A DNA stretch of 64,000 nucleotides, from assembly GCA_963841435.1 (NCBI GenBank), contig CAWJCS010000002.1, positions 608,001-672,000 on the forward strand, in the 5' to 3' direction. The position numbers and the translations under genes are program-made. Shown here piece after piece: positions 51,722 through 61,572 of the stretch; the first letter of the stretch is position 1, and each line of letters opens with the position of its first letter. This DNA comes from an uncultured delta proteobacterium. Its GTDB lineage: Bacteria > Myxococcota_A > Polyangia > Polyangiales > Polyangiaceae. Below the pieces are notes generated by a model. It was not told where the DNA came from. It saw only the letters and a program-made list of their open reading frames with translations, and made no database searches.

Positions 51722-53836
51722 ATGACCGACGCCCACGACGACGCGAGACAATGGGCATGGATCGCACCCGACGGCGGCGAAGCCTCGGGTCGCGCGACGG
51801 ATCTCGCGGCGCGGCTGCGCTCGGGGGCGCTGCCGCCTTCCACCTGGGTATGGCGCGCGAACTGGCTCGAATGGATGCCGGCGACACGCGTCGCCGCCTT
51901 GCGGGTCGCATTGCCGGGAGACAAGGTCGAGCCGCCGCGGGAGCCTCGCGTCGGGCCGCACGGGCTCAAGCCGCCCCCGCGTCCGCCGTTGCTACCGCCG
52001 CCTGCCCCCGTCCGCCTCCCGCGCCCGCCCGGCGCCGGACCGGAGCCGCCTGCCGCGGGCGGCGGTGCCGCCCATGCAGCGGACCGGCCGAGCAGCTTCG
52101 GCGTGCTCGGCCGGCCGCGTGGCGCGAGCGTGCTCGGTCCGCGCGGGTCGCCGACCGGCACGAGCACGCTGCCGCGCGCGCCACAGCCCACGCTGACGGA
52201 CGACCCCGTCGGCGCCCGGACGACATTGCGCCCACCGGGTGCCGTGCCTCCGCCGCCGCGCGGTGGGCCGCTCGTCGGCGCGCCGCGTGTGCGGCCCGAG
52301 GAGGAAGCCGTCACGGTGCGCCGGCCGCCACCCGCGCTCGGCAGCGCTTCGGCGTCGCGCGACACGCTTGCCGACGTGACCGAACGTGCACCGGGCCCTC
52401 CGCCGACCGTGCTGCCGTCCGAGCTGCGCCCAGCCGTCGTCCTGCCGGGCGCGCCCACGGCAGTGACCATTCAGCCTGCTTCGACCGAGCACGGTTCCCG
52501 AACGTCGCCCGCGGCCGTCAACTTCGATTCCACGCTAGGCTCCACGCCGTTCGAAGCCGTTCCCGAGCGGGAGCCGGGCCCCCCGAGCACGACGCTCGAG
52601 AGCGCGGGGCCGCCCGTTTCCGTGCCGGGGCCGCCCCCGCCCTCGGACGCCCTTTCACCCGCGCCCGTTCAGGCGGGCGAGCTCGTGCCCGTCCCGAGTG
52701 TGCCGCGTGCAGCCTGGATTGGGATCTTTCTGCTCGGGGCCGTGGTCCTCCTGCTCTCGGTGGGGCTCACGGCGCTCGTCGTCGGCCGCTTGCGTGAAGG
52801 CTCGGAGACACGCGCGAGCGTGCCGAGCGCAGCGGTGCCACCCGTCGCGAGCTCGGCGCCCGCGGCACAGGGGTGCGTGCCCCTTGCGCCTGCCGCGCGC
52901 CTGTCGTCGGGCGTGCACCGCGCCGTGCAGCCCGCGTTCGCCGAGCTCGGCGCCGGAGAGCGTGTCGCCGTGGGTCTCGCCGAAACGCCGAAGGTGGCGC
53001 TCGGGCTGGTCGTGAACCCTGCGACCCTCGACGTCGAGCGTGCCTTCGAGCAACCCGGCGACGACACCGTGCACGGCGTCGTGCCGCTCGCCGCGCCAGG
53101 CGGTCCGACGTTCGCCGTGGATCGCGCGGGGCCCGATCTCACGGACGTGCGGACGCTTTCGCCGGGGGTCGTGCTCGGCGCGAGCGGCGACGATTGGGTG
53201 CGCGTCGTGGGCGGTAGGTCGGAAGTGCTCTGGGCGGGCGCCGCCGCCGACCGAGTGACCGAGCCGCGCGTTGCCCGAAACGACACCGGTCACCTCGTGA
53301 CGTTTCGTCGTGGGGGGCTCGGCGGTCGCGTCTACTACGCGTGGCTCGCACCGGACGGCAAGCCGCTCGCCCCCCCCGTCGCTCTCGAGGTGCCGGGCGT
53401 GACGCAGTCGGGAACCCCCGACGCCGCGGCGGGGCCGCACGGCGGCCTCCTCGCCTTCGCCGGGCGCATGTCGCCAAAGGAGCCGTGGCGCGTGCTGCTC
53501 GCCACGGCGCCCGTCGGCAAGAAGCCGCTCGTCAAGGCGTTCGAGACGCCGCCGGGCGGTGCCGGAGGGGGCAGCATCGCCCCGAGCGTGAGCCGACTGG
53601 GGTCGGTCGGCTGGATCTTGCAGTGGACCGAGGGCACCTCGGGGAAGTACCAAGTGCGAGTGCAACGGCTGTCCCCCGCGCTCGAGCCGCTCGGCGATGC
53701 GCAGCAGGTCTCGCCCAAGGGGGCGAACGCCGGTCAGGGCGCGGCCTTTGCCGCCGGTCAGCGCGTGCTTTCCGTTTTCGTGCAAACCACGGCCGGGCAC
53801 GACGAGCTCTGGGGAGCGAGCCTGACGTGCGATTGA
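51722..53836 (+). CDS. GYF_2 (DUF4339)-like, Pro-rich single-pass membrane protein
   Basis: W.W...L..G.L...TWVWR..W.EW.PA..V..L N-terminal domain; Pro-rich linker; one TM helix; beta-rich extracytoplasmic domain. Confidence 0.75.
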   Translation: MTDAHDDARQWAWIAPDGGEASGRATDLAARLRSGALPPSTWVWRANWLEWMPATRVAALRVALPGDKVEPPREPRVGPHGLKPPPRPPLLPPPAPVRLPRPPGAGPEPPAAGGGAAHAADRPSSFGVLGRPRGASVLGPRGSPTGTSTLPRAPQPTLTDDPVGARTTLRPPGAVPPPPRGGPLVGAPRVRPEEEAVTVRRPPPALGSASASRDTLADVTERAPGPPPTVLPSELRPAVVLPGAPTAVTIQPASTEHGSRTSPAAVNFDSTLGSTPFEAVPEREPGPPSTTLESAGPPVSVPGPPPPSDALSPAPVQAGELVPVPSVPRAAWIGIFLLGAVVLLLSVGLTALVVGRLREGSETRASVPSAAVPPVASSAPAAQGCVPLAPAARLSSGVHRAVQPAFAELGAGERVAVGLAETPKVALGLVVNPATLDVERAFEQPGDDTVHGVVPLAAPGGPTFAVDRAGPDLTDVRTLSPGVVLGASGDDWVRVVGGRSEVLWAGAAADRVTEPRVARNDTGHLVTFRRGGLGGRVYYAWLAPDGKPLAPPVALEVPGVTQSGTPDAAAGPHGGLLAFAGRMSPKEPWRVLLATAPVGKKPLVKAFETPPGGAGGGSIAPSVSRLGSVGWILQWTEGTSGKYQVRVQRLSPALEPLGDAQQVSPKGANAGQGAAFAAGQRVLSVFVQTTAGHDELWGASLTCD

Positions 53837-54672
53837 CGGCAGCGACCCTCGTCGCCTTCAGCCTTGCGGCGTTTCCCGGCTGCCGCTCCTACTTCTACCC
53901 GGAGCCGACCCACGTCGCGCAGGGGCGCTACTACGCGGCTGGAGCGCCGGACTACGACGAGTTCTTCCTCGAGCTCTACCGGACGCAGGTGGCGCTCAAA
54001 GAAGCTCCGGACGAGCTTCTGGCGGGTCGCCGCGCGCTCGAAGAGGGGCTCGGGTTGACGGCGGGCGCGAGCAAGGACGCGCTCGAGAGTGGGCTGCGTG
54101 CCCGCGCGAGCTCCCTCGCAGCCAAGGGCATCGTGCTCAGCATCCAGCGAGATTCGACCGGCAAGAGCTCCCTCTCGCGCCGTGGCAAGCCCAGCGCCGA
54201 CGACGACGTGAAGCTCGTGGCAACGCTCACCGATCTCGTGGCGACGATCGGAGCGCTGCGCGAGCGCGTGCCCGGCTTCGCGAAGGATCTCGACACGCTG
54301 CCGGTGCGCGGCGTCGCGCTCGAGCGCAACGTCAACGACGTGTTCCGTACCAAGGGGGTCGGAAAGCGCGGCGAGGTGCGCGACAATCTCGCCGACGCGC
54401 AGAAGGTCATGGGCCTCATGCGCCCGCTACTCAAAGACGTGGATGCTCGCTCGGCCGAGCTCTTTTCGATCCTCACCGATGTGCTGCGTCCGGCTCCGCC
54501 GCCTCCGCCGGCTCCCGAGCCCGAAGCGGCCGAGCCACCGCAGCTCCGGCCCCACGCTCCGCGCGCCCGGCCAAGGTCACCCAAACCTGCCGCCGCGCGG
54601 CCCGCTTCGCCGCCGCCCGCCGCCCCGAGTCCCAAGCCCGCCGGCCCCGCCAAGCCCGATTTCGAGCCCTGA
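53827..54672 (+). CDS. Hypothetical lipoprotein with Pro-rich tail
   Basis: FPGC lipobox-like site; helical core; ends KPDFEP; overlaps the upstream stop. Confidence 0.65.
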   Translation: MRLTAATLVAFSLAAFPGCRSYFYPEPTHVAQGRYYAAGAPDYDEFFLELYRTQVALKEAPDELLAGRRALEEGLGLTAGASKDALESGLRARASSLAAKGIVLSIQRDSTGKSSLSRRGKPSADDDVKLVATLTDLVATIGALRERVPGFAKDLDTLPVRGVALERNVNDVFRTKGVGKRGEVRDNLADAQKVMGLMRPLLKDVDARSAELFSILTDVLRPAPPPPPAPEPEAAEPPQLRPHAPRARPRSPKPAAARPASPPPAAPSPKPAGPAKPDFEP

Positions 54673-54735
54673 CACCGCCCGGGGCCTCTGCGGCGCTCGC
54701 GTCGAACCTCGGCGTGCGTTCGCGCCGGGGCGCGT

Positions 54736-55968
54736 TCAATCGATGCGGCGGATGCCTTCGAGGAAGCGTTCCGGCGGCACGAAGTCGGTGTAGCGCGCGG
54801 CCTCGCGTCCACGCGAATCGAACACGAGCACCGTGGGCAACCCGACGATGCCGAAGCGCTCGAGCGTCGCGCTCACGGTCGGATCGTCGTCGTTCGTGGC
54901 GTCGACCTTCACGGCGAGGAACCTACCGAGCTCGGCGCCGACGGCCGGCTCGGAGAACGTCACTTTGTCGAGCTCCTTGCAGGCGCCGCACCACGCGGCC
55001 GTGAAATCGACGACGAGCGGCCGGCTCTCGCGTTGTGCCTGCGCCTGCAGCGCCGCTATGTCGCCGCGCTGCCACGCGAGCGCCTCGCTCGGCTTGGTCA
55101 AGCCGAGCACCGCCGAGAATGCCCCCGCCGAAACCAACAACAGTCCGACGCCTTTGGCGACCTTCACGCCTGCACCGGGCTCGGAAAACTCGCGATGAAT
55201 GGCGCCGAGCAGCGTGCCCACGACCACCGCGATGCCCGCAGCGACGAACAGCGCCACGCCCGGCTTCACGAATGCGCCGAGCAGCGGGAATGCTGTGTTC
55301 AGGAAGTACAGCGCTACGACGACGAGCACGACGCCGAGGATCGATTTCACGTGGACCATCCAGTGCCCGCTCTTCGGCAGCTGCACGGCGAAGGTGCCCA
55401 CGGCGAAAAAAGGCGCTCCGAGCCCGAGCGCGAACGCACCCATCGCGAGCGCGCCGAGCGGAGCGCTCTTGGTCTTCGCAATCCACGTCAGGATGCCGGT
55501 CAGCACGGGTCCCGTGCACGGCGAGGCGATGAGCCCGCACGCGAGGCCCAAGAGGAAGGCGCCGCGGTACCCGATGCCGCCGATACTCGCGAGGCGATTC
55601 GTGACCGACGACGGCAGCGCGAGCTCGAAGGCACCGAATAGCGAGGCTGCGAGCAGCAGGAACAGGGCGGCCATCGCCGCAACGACCCAGCGGTTCTGCA
55701 GCACCGCGCCGAAGATCGAGCCGGTGAGGCCGGCGATGACGCCGAGCGGCACGAACATCGCGACGATGCCGAGCACGAACGCCGCCGAGAGTGCCGCGCC
55801 CTCCCAGCGCGTCGTCGACTTGCGCGCGCCGAACACGCTGACCGTCACGGCGATCATCGGGTACACGCACGGGGTGAGGCTCACGATGAACCCACCGGCG
55901 AGGGCCGCGAGCGCGGCATAGACGGGGCCCTTGCTCAGGGCCTCGGTGAACGCATCCGAGGGAGGCAC
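54736..55968 (-). CDS. dsbD: DsbD/CcdA-type thiol:disulfide interchange protein (TM domain + thioredoxin)
   Basis: LTPCVYP and SPCTGP in the TM domain; DFTAAWCGACK thioredoxin; GLPT. No N-terminal Ig-like alpha domain. Confidence 0.88.
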   Translation of the reverse strand: MPPSDAFTEALSKGPVYAALAALAGGFIVSLTPCVYPMIAVTVSVFGARKSTTRWEGAALSAAFVLGIVAMFVPLGVIAGLTGSIFGAVLQNRWVVAAMAALFLLLAASLFGAFELALPSSVTNRLASIGGIGYRGAFLLGLACGLIASPCTGPVLTGILTWIAKTKSAPLGALAMGAFALGLGAPFFAVGTFAVQLPKSGHWMVHVKSILGVVLVVVALYFLNTAFPLLGAFVKPGVALFVAAGIAVVVGTLLGAIHREFSEPGAGVKVAKGVGLLLVSAGAFSAVLGLTKPSEALAWQRGDIAALQAQAQRESRPLVVDFTAAWCGACKELDKVTFSEPAVGAELGRFLAVKVDATNDDDPTVSATLERFGIVGLPTVLVFDSRGREAARYTDFVPPERFLEGIRRID

Positions 55969-56014
55969 CTTTTCATTTTACCCCGCCCGGGGCCGGGCGG
56001 TTTCATCGAAGGGC

Positions 56015-56770
56015 TCAGCGCGGCCGCCGGGCCCGGATCCTGCGCAAAAGGCGCTTGGCGTGGGCGACCTCTCCGGCGAGGGCGACTTCCAGGGCCACGC
56101 GCCCCGTCGTCGCGCGGCGCACGAACATGGCGAGATAGCGCTCGGCGGCGCTGTCGTCGCCCTGCTCGTAGGCGAGGCCCCCGAGCACGAACTGGCCGTA
56201 ACCCTGGCCGCAGGGGGCCTCCTCCAGGCGCTCGCGGATGCTGCGGAGGGCGCCGACCGACTCCCCGGCCGCGCGGCGCGCCAGCGCCAGCTGGGCGCGG
56301 TAGAGGGGCTTGTCGGTCGTCCCCCAGCGCGCGGCGCGGGCGAGGGCACCGGCCGCCTCGCGATGCCGCCCCGCGAGGAAAAGCACGCTCCCGAGCGTCC
56401 AGAGATGGAAAGCGCGCCGCGCCGGAGGGCTCACCCGGCTCGCGATCCTGAGATGCTCGAGGGCGCCATCCCGGTCGCCCACCCCGAGGCAGGCCCGAGC
56501 GGCATCCTGGCGCGCCACGTCCGGCATGATGGCGGAGGTGAGCATCTGCTCGGCCACGATGAGCGCCTCGGCGAAACGCCGCCCCTCCATGTGCGAGAGA
56601 TAGAGCTGCCGGAGCAGCATGGTGCGGGTCGTCCGGTCGAGGGCTCCGCGATGCGACAGGCCGCGCCGAGCGTATTTTGCTCTCGTCACGGGGGTGCGCG
56701 CCAAGCTCGCCTTTCGGAGCATCCCCTCGGGGGTGACCCGCTCTTCGAGGGCGGCGCGCGGTCGCGTCAT
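56015..56770 (-). CDS. TPR-like helical repeat protein
   Basis: Ala/Leu helical repeats (WTLGSVLFLAGRHREA; FVLGGLAYEQGD); start inferred. Confidence 0.6.
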   Translation of the reverse strand: MTRPRAALEERVTPEGMLRKASLARTPVTRAKYARRGLSHRGALDRTTRTMLLRQLYLSHMEGRRFAEALIVAEQMLTSAIMPDVARQDAARACLGVGDRDGALEHLRIASRVSPPARRAFHLWTLGSVLFLAGRHREAAGALARAARWGTTDKPLYRAQLALARRAAGESVGALRSIRERLEEAPCGQGYGQFVLGGLAYEQGDDSAAERYLAMFVRRATTGRVALEVALAGEVAHAKRLLRRIRARRPR

Positions 56771-56887
56771 GTCGTGTTTCAGACTAGCAGGACCTGTACA
56801 GGCGTCCAGATTTCGGCGGCCTCCGGCCGGCCCCCCCCGGCGCCCCATTTGCTACTCCGGGCGGCACGTTTCACGCTCGCACCCGCC

Positions 56888-57238
56888 ATGCGCCACGACC
56901 CAGAGCTCTCCGCGCGCGCGCCGTTTCCTCCGAGCCCCCGGGGGGCCGCGCTCGCCAGTGTGCTCGGCGTGCTGATCGCTGCGGGTGTCGTCGCGGGCTG
57001 CGGGCACCGCGCGACCGAGAAGGACTGTGAGGAGATCGTCGAGCGCGTGGCCACGCTGGAGCTCAGGCGTGCGAAGGTCGGCCCCGACACGTTCGCGAGC
57101 GAGCTCAAGATCGCCAAGGACTCGTTCAAAAAGGACGTCGGCCAGCGCTGCGTCGGTCGGCGCATCACCGACGCGGCCATGCGCTGCGTGCGCTCGGCGA
57201 AGACCGCTCAGGAGATCGAGGACGTGTGCTTCCGCTGA
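56888..57238 (+). CDS. Small Cys-rich lipoprotein
   Basis: VAGC lipobox; C-x8-C...C-x11-C-x13-C. Confidence 0.7.
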   Translation: MRHDPELSARAPFPPSPRGAALASVLGVLIAAGVVAGCGHRATEKDCEEIVERVATLELRRAKVGPDTFASELKIAKDSFKKDVGQRCVGRRITDAAMRCVRSAKTAQEIEDVCFR

Positions 57239-57252
57239 GGCCGCTCGGACGC

Positions 57253-57579
57253 GTGCTCGACGGTCGCTTCACGATTGCCCCCGCGGGGCTCGGCTGCGAG
57301 CTCGTCGCGGTCGCGCTCGCGTTCTCGCTCGCCTCGTGCCAAAAGGGGGTATCAGCCGAGGCGTGCGACGCGCTCTTGGATCGCTACGTCGAGAAGCTCG
57401 TCGGGTCGGATTGGCCGGACGTGGGCGTGGGCGAGCTGGTCCGAATGCAAGCTCGCGCACGCGCGACAGCTCAAACGGACCCGGCGTTTCGTGACTGTTC
57501 GCAGCGCGTCTCGCGCGCCCAGCTCGATTGCGCGATGGAGGCGGAGAACGTCGACCGCATGGAGATCTGCCTGGAGTAG
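57253..57579 (+). CDS. Small Cys-rich lipoprotein (paralog of the previous gene)
   Basis: LASC lipobox; C-x8-C...C-x10-C-x12-C. Confidence 0.65.
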   Translation: MLDGRFTIAPAGLGCELVAVALAFSLASCQKGVSAEACDALLDRYVEKLVGSDWPDVGVGELVRMQARARATAQTDPAFRDCSQRVSRAQLDCAMEAENVDRMEICLE

Positions 57580-57719
57580 AGGCGCTCGCACGCCCAGGGG
57601 TCGGCCCTTTCGCCTTCCCGTCACGCGGTAGGCCAAAGTGGCAAGAGGTGGGCGACCCGCGTTGAATCGCAGGCGACCCCCTTCATTTCCTCGCGGCCCT
57701 CGGGCACGATGCCGAGGCA

Positions 57720-58958
57720 ATGGCCAAGCGCCCTCACGTTCTCGGCATGGTGCTCGCTGGCGGCGAAGGCCGGCGCCTGCACCCGCTCACGCGCGATCGC
57801 TGCAAGCCGGCCGTGCCCTTCGGTGCGAACTACCGCATCATCGATTTCGCGCTCTCGAATCTCGTGAACGGTCGCTTCCTGCGTATCGCGGTGCTCACGC
57901 AGTACAAGAGCCACAGTCTCGACCGCCACATCGCCCAGACCTGGCGCATGTCGCATCTGTTCAACAACTACGTGATGACCGTGCCCGCCCAGATGCGCCT
58001 CGGCAGGCGCTGGTTCGAGGGCTCCGCCGACGCCATCTACCAGAACCTGAATCTGATCGGCGACGAGCGGCCCGATTACATCTGCGTTTTCGGTGCCGAC
58101 CACATCTACCGCATGGATCCCGAGCAGATGGTGCAGGCGCACATCGAATCGGGAGCCGGCGTCACGGTCGCGGCGATGCGAGCCCCGCGCTCCGAGTCGT
58201 CGCGCTTCGGCGTGCTCGTGCCCGGATCGAACGGCCGCATCGCGCAGTTTCAGGAGAAGCCGGAGGTCGCCGAGGGGCTGCCGGACGATCCCGACAAGGT
58301 GTTCGTGTCGATGGGCAACTACGTGTTCAGCACGCGCGTGCTCGTCGACGCAGTCCGGACCGACGCCGAGAACAAGGACAGCGTCCACGACATGGGCGGC
58401 AACATCATCACCATGCTGGTCGAGGCGGGCATGGCCTCCGTGTACGACTTCGCGCTGAACAAGCTGCCCGGCGCCACCGAGCGTGACCGCGGGTACTGGC
58501 GCGACGTCGGCACGCTCGACAGCTACTTCGAGGCCAACATGGACCTCATCAGCGTGCACCCGATCTTCAACCTGTACAACCGCGATTGGCCGATTCACAC
58601 CGGCTTCAGTTCGCTTCCGCCTGCCAAGTTCGTGCTCGAGGAGGGCGACCGCCGCGGCGCGGCCTTCGACTCGATCATCAGCGCCGGCGTGATCGTCTCG
58701 GGTGGCACCGTGCGTCGCTCGGTGCTCTCGCCGGGAGTCTCCGTCCATTCGCGAGCGCTCGTCGAGGACTCGGTGCTTCTCGACGGGGTCGACGTGGGGC
58801 GCGACGCCATCGTGCGCCGTGCCATCGTCAACAAGAACGTGGTCATTCCGCGCGGTGCGCGCGTGGGCGTCAACGTGGACGAAGACCGGGCGCGAGGATA
58901 CACGTTCAGCGAAAACGGCATCGTCGTGCTCGGCAAGGGTGACGTGGTCAAGGCGTAG
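57720..58958 (+). CDS. glgC: Glucose-1-phosphate adenylyltransferase
   Basis: [52 protein letters not shown]. Confidence 0.96.
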   Translation: MAKRPHVLGMVLAGGEGRRLHPLTRDRCKPAVPFGANYRIIDFALSNLVNGRFLRIAVLTQYKSHSLDRHIAQTWRMSHLFNNYVMTVPAQMRLGRRWFEGSADAIYQNLNLIGDERPDYICVFGADHIYRMDPEQMVQAHIESGAGVTVAAMRAPRSESSRFGVLVPGSNGRIAQFQEKPEVAEGLPDDPDKVFVSMGNYVFSTRVLVDAVRTDAENKDSVHDMGGNIITMLVEAGMASVYDFALNKLPGATERDRGYWRDVGTLDSYFEANMDLISVHPIFNLYNRDWPIHTGFSSLPPAKFVLEEGDRRGAAFDSIISAGVIVSGGTVRRSVLSPGVSVHSRALVEDSVLLDGVDVGRDAIVRRAIVNKNVVIPRGARVGVNVDEDRARGYTFSENGIVVLGKGDVVKA

Positions 58959-58976
58959 TCACGCCTCCGAGCCGAC

Positions 58977-60194
58977 ATGCAAAGAGAGCGCCGCCTCCAG
59001 GCCGCCATCGTCACGCGCGAGTACCCGCCCGAAATCTACGGGGGTGCGGGCGTTCACGTCGAACACCTCGTTCGCGCGCTCGCTTCCCATGTCGAGGTGC
59101 GCGTGCACTGCTTCGGCAAGCCTCGCGAGGCGCCGGAAGTGGCGGGCTGTTACGAGCCCTGGAGCGCTCTTTTGGGCTCGGAGCCCGAGCTCGCGGCGCT
59201 GCGCACGTTGTCGCTCGACCTTCTCGCAGCGCACCACCTGCGCGGCAGCGACATCGTGCACACGCACACCTGGTACGCAAACCTCGCCGGCCACCTCGCC
59301 AAGCTCCTCTACGGCGTCCCGCACGTGATGACTTCGCATAGCCTCGAGCCGCTCCGGCCCTGGAAGGTCGAGCAGCTCGGGGGCGGCTACGCGGTCTCGA
59401 GCTTCGCCGAGCGCACGGCGATCGAGAGTGCCGACGCCGTGATCGCCGTCTCGCAGGCCATGAAGCGCGACATCCTCGTGGCGTACCCCCTCGTTCCGAA
59501 CGAGCGCGTGCACGTGATCTACAACGGCATCGATCCGGACGAATACAAGCCCGACGGTGGTAGCGAGGTGCTCGCGCGCCGCGGTGTGGACGAAAAACGG
59601 CCTTACGTCGCCTTCGTAGGGCGCGTGACACGGCAGAAGGGCATCGTGCATCTCTTGCGCGCGGCGCGCTACACGGCCCCCGGCACGGCCTTCGTGCTCT
59701 GCGTGGGAGAGGCCGACACGCCCGAGATTGGCGCCGAGTTCGAGACGCTTGCTGCCGAAATCCACCGCGAGCGCGGCGGCATCGTGCGCATCGACGGCAT
59801 GGTGGCACGCTCGGAGGTTGCCCAGATCTTGAGCCACGCGCGCGCCTTCGTGTGCCCGTCGGTGTACGAGCCATTCGGCATCGTCAACCTCGAGGCCATG
59901 GCGTGCGGCGTGCCCGTCATCGCTTCGAGCGTCGGCGGCATTCCCGAAATCGTGGTCGAGGGCGAGACGGGATTTCTCGTCGCGTTCGAGGGTGACGGCA
60001 CCGCCAAGAACGAGCCGCGCGATCCCGAGGCGTTCGCTCGTGCGCTCGCGTCGCGCATCGACGAGCTCGTGAGCGATCCCGAACGAGCGCGCCGCATGGG
60101 CGAGGCCGGGCGCACCCGCGTCGTCGAGCACTTCTCGTGGGCCGCGATCGCCAAGCGCACGGCCGAGCTCTACCGGAGCCTGGTCGGGCGCTGA
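58977..60194 (+). CDS. glgA: GT4 glucosyltransferase, actinobacterial GlgA/GlgM type (alpha-maltose-1-phosphate synthase-like)
   Basis: TREYPPEIYGGAGVHV, HTHTWYA, HSLEPLRPWK.EQLGGGY, GRVTRQKG, PSVYEPFGIVNLEAMA. Confidence 0.9.
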   Translation: MQRERRLQAAIVTREYPPEIYGGAGVHVEHLVRALASHVEVRVHCFGKPREAPEVAGCYEPWSALLGSEPELAALRTLSLDLLAAHHLRGSDIVHTHTWYANLAGHLAKLLYGVPHVMTSHSLEPLRPWKVEQLGGGYAVSSFAERTAIESADAVIAVSQAMKRDILVAYPLVPNERVHVIYNGIDPDEYKPDGGSEVLARRGVDEKRPYVAFVGRVTRQKGIVHLLRAARYTAPGTAFVLCVGEADTPEIGAEFETLAAEIHRERGGIVRIDGMVARSEVAQILSHARAFVCPSVYEPFGIVNLEAMACGVPVIASSVGGIPEIVVEGETGFLVAFEGDGTAKNEPRDPEAFARALASRIDELVSDPERARRMGEAGRTRVVEHFSWAAIAKRTAELYRSLVGR

Positions 60195-60231
60195 CCCGAG
60201 GGGCCGGACGCCGCCCCTCACGCTCGAGCGC

Positions 60232-61572
60232 TCACGGTCGGAGTCGCAACACGAAGCGTTGCGGCGCGAGGCTTCGCGGCTCGGTCGCGAGATCGACGCT
60301 CGGGTCGATGAGGCGCTGGCTCGGTCGCCCGTTGAGGGCCGCCCAGGCGTCGGCATAGACGCTCACGTGGGTGTGCCCGCGAGCGCGGTAGCGCTCGGCG
60401 ACGTACAGAGCGTACTCGTGAATCATGTCCGGTTGGATCGACATCATCGCGTATTGCATCGGCGTGAGCTCGTCGTCGGGGAGGGCGCGGAGGCGCCGTG
60501 GGGGCGTGTCGGCGACCACGGTGAGCTCGACGTGCCCCGTCTTCTCGTTCAGCATCACGCGCCACGCAAAGCGAAAGCCCTCCTCGGTCCAGCTCGCCGC
60601 TCCGGGATAGAAAAGGGAGCGAGCGGGCAACACGAGCTGCGCGGCGAGCAGGATCGCGAGCGTGACTCGTTCGACACCGCGAACGACCCGTGGCTCGAGC
60701 CGCGCGGCGGGCTCTGGCCCCGCTCGCCAGGAGAAACGCAGCCAGCCGGGCTCGAAGAAGACCGTACAGGTCAGGACCATCAACCAGGAAAACACGCCGA
60801 TCGGGAACAGCAGCCCGACGAGCCCGTGAAACGCGACGGCGACGCCGAACGCCGCCGCCCGCGAGCGCCGAAAGAGGAGGAGCGGCACGATCGCGAGATC
60901 GAAGGCCACGCCGGCAAAGCTCGCCGCGTACGCCGTGGCGGGCGACGCGACGAGCGGGCCGACGAGCGGGAGCTCCGCGAAGCGACCGAGCCAGAGCCCG
61001 AGCGGCTGGGCGGAAAACAGCCAGTCTGGGTTGAGCTTGGCGACCCCCGCGTAAAAATACACGATGAAAAGCTGCGCGCGAAGCGCGTGGTACGCGAACG
61101 CCGGCACCTTACGCTCGTGGCCCCGGCGCCGTGCGTCGAGGGAAAAGGCCGCCCCAGCGTCGAGGATCACGAAGTAGAGCGCGACGAGACTCGCGAGATA
61201 GTAGTGGTTGAGGTACGTCGCCTTGTCGAAGAGCTCGGCGAGCGTGAACGTGACGAAGAACGTGAACGCCGCGAGCCGCGTCCACGCGCCGAGCATCAGC
61301 GCGACCGCAGCGAGCGCCATCAGCGAAAAGTGCACGGCGAGGCCAAAGGCTGGCCAGGGCCGCACCCATTCGAAGCCGAGATAGGTAAAGTGAAAGGAAG
61401 GCGCGAGGTAGAGCTCGGAAATCCAGCCCTTCGCCACGAATCGCAGGGTCGAGAGCAGCATCAGCGCGCCGAAGCCGATGCGGAACGCGGCGAGTCCCGC
61501 GGCATCGACGGGTCGCGCGAGAGCGGCGAGGGCGCGGCGAGCCAGGCGACGGCCGTGTTCAGTCGCCGTCAT
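60232..61572 (-). CDS. HTTM domain / vitamin K-dependent gamma-carboxylase-like protein
   Basis: LAAFRIGFG, F.F.Y.GFEWV, DKATYLNHYYL, VYFYAGVAKLNPDW, IGVF, WTEEGFRFAWRVML.EK, QPDMI, LNGR..Q.LIDP.VDL. Confidence 0.92.
   Translation of the reverse strand: MTATEHGRRLARRALAALARPVDAAGLAAFRIGFGALMLLSTLRFVAKGWISELYLAPSFHFTYLGFEWVRPWPAFGLAVHFSLMALAAVALMLGAWTRLAAFTFFVTFTLAELFDKATYLNHYYLASLVALYFVILDAGAAFSLDARRRGHERKVPAFAYHALRAQLFIVYFYAGVAKLNPDWLFSAQPLGLWLGRFAELPLVGPLVASPATAYAASFAGVAFDLAIVPLLLFRRSRAAAFGVAVAFHGLVGLLFPIGVFSWLMVLTCTVFFEPGWLRFSWRAGPEPAARLEPRVVRGVERVTLAILLAAQLVLPARSLFYPGAASWTEEGFRFAWRVMLNEKTGHVELTVVADTPPRRLRALPDDELTPMQYAMMSIQPDMIHEYALYVAERYRARGHTHVSVYADAWAALNGRPSQRLIDPSVDLATEPRSLAPQRFVLRLRP

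Noticed and set aside
57702-57718. GGCACGATGCC upstream of glgC as a sigma54 promoter
   Set aside because: It matches the -24 half of the 23436 box but has AG rather than GC at -12, and is too close to the start codon.
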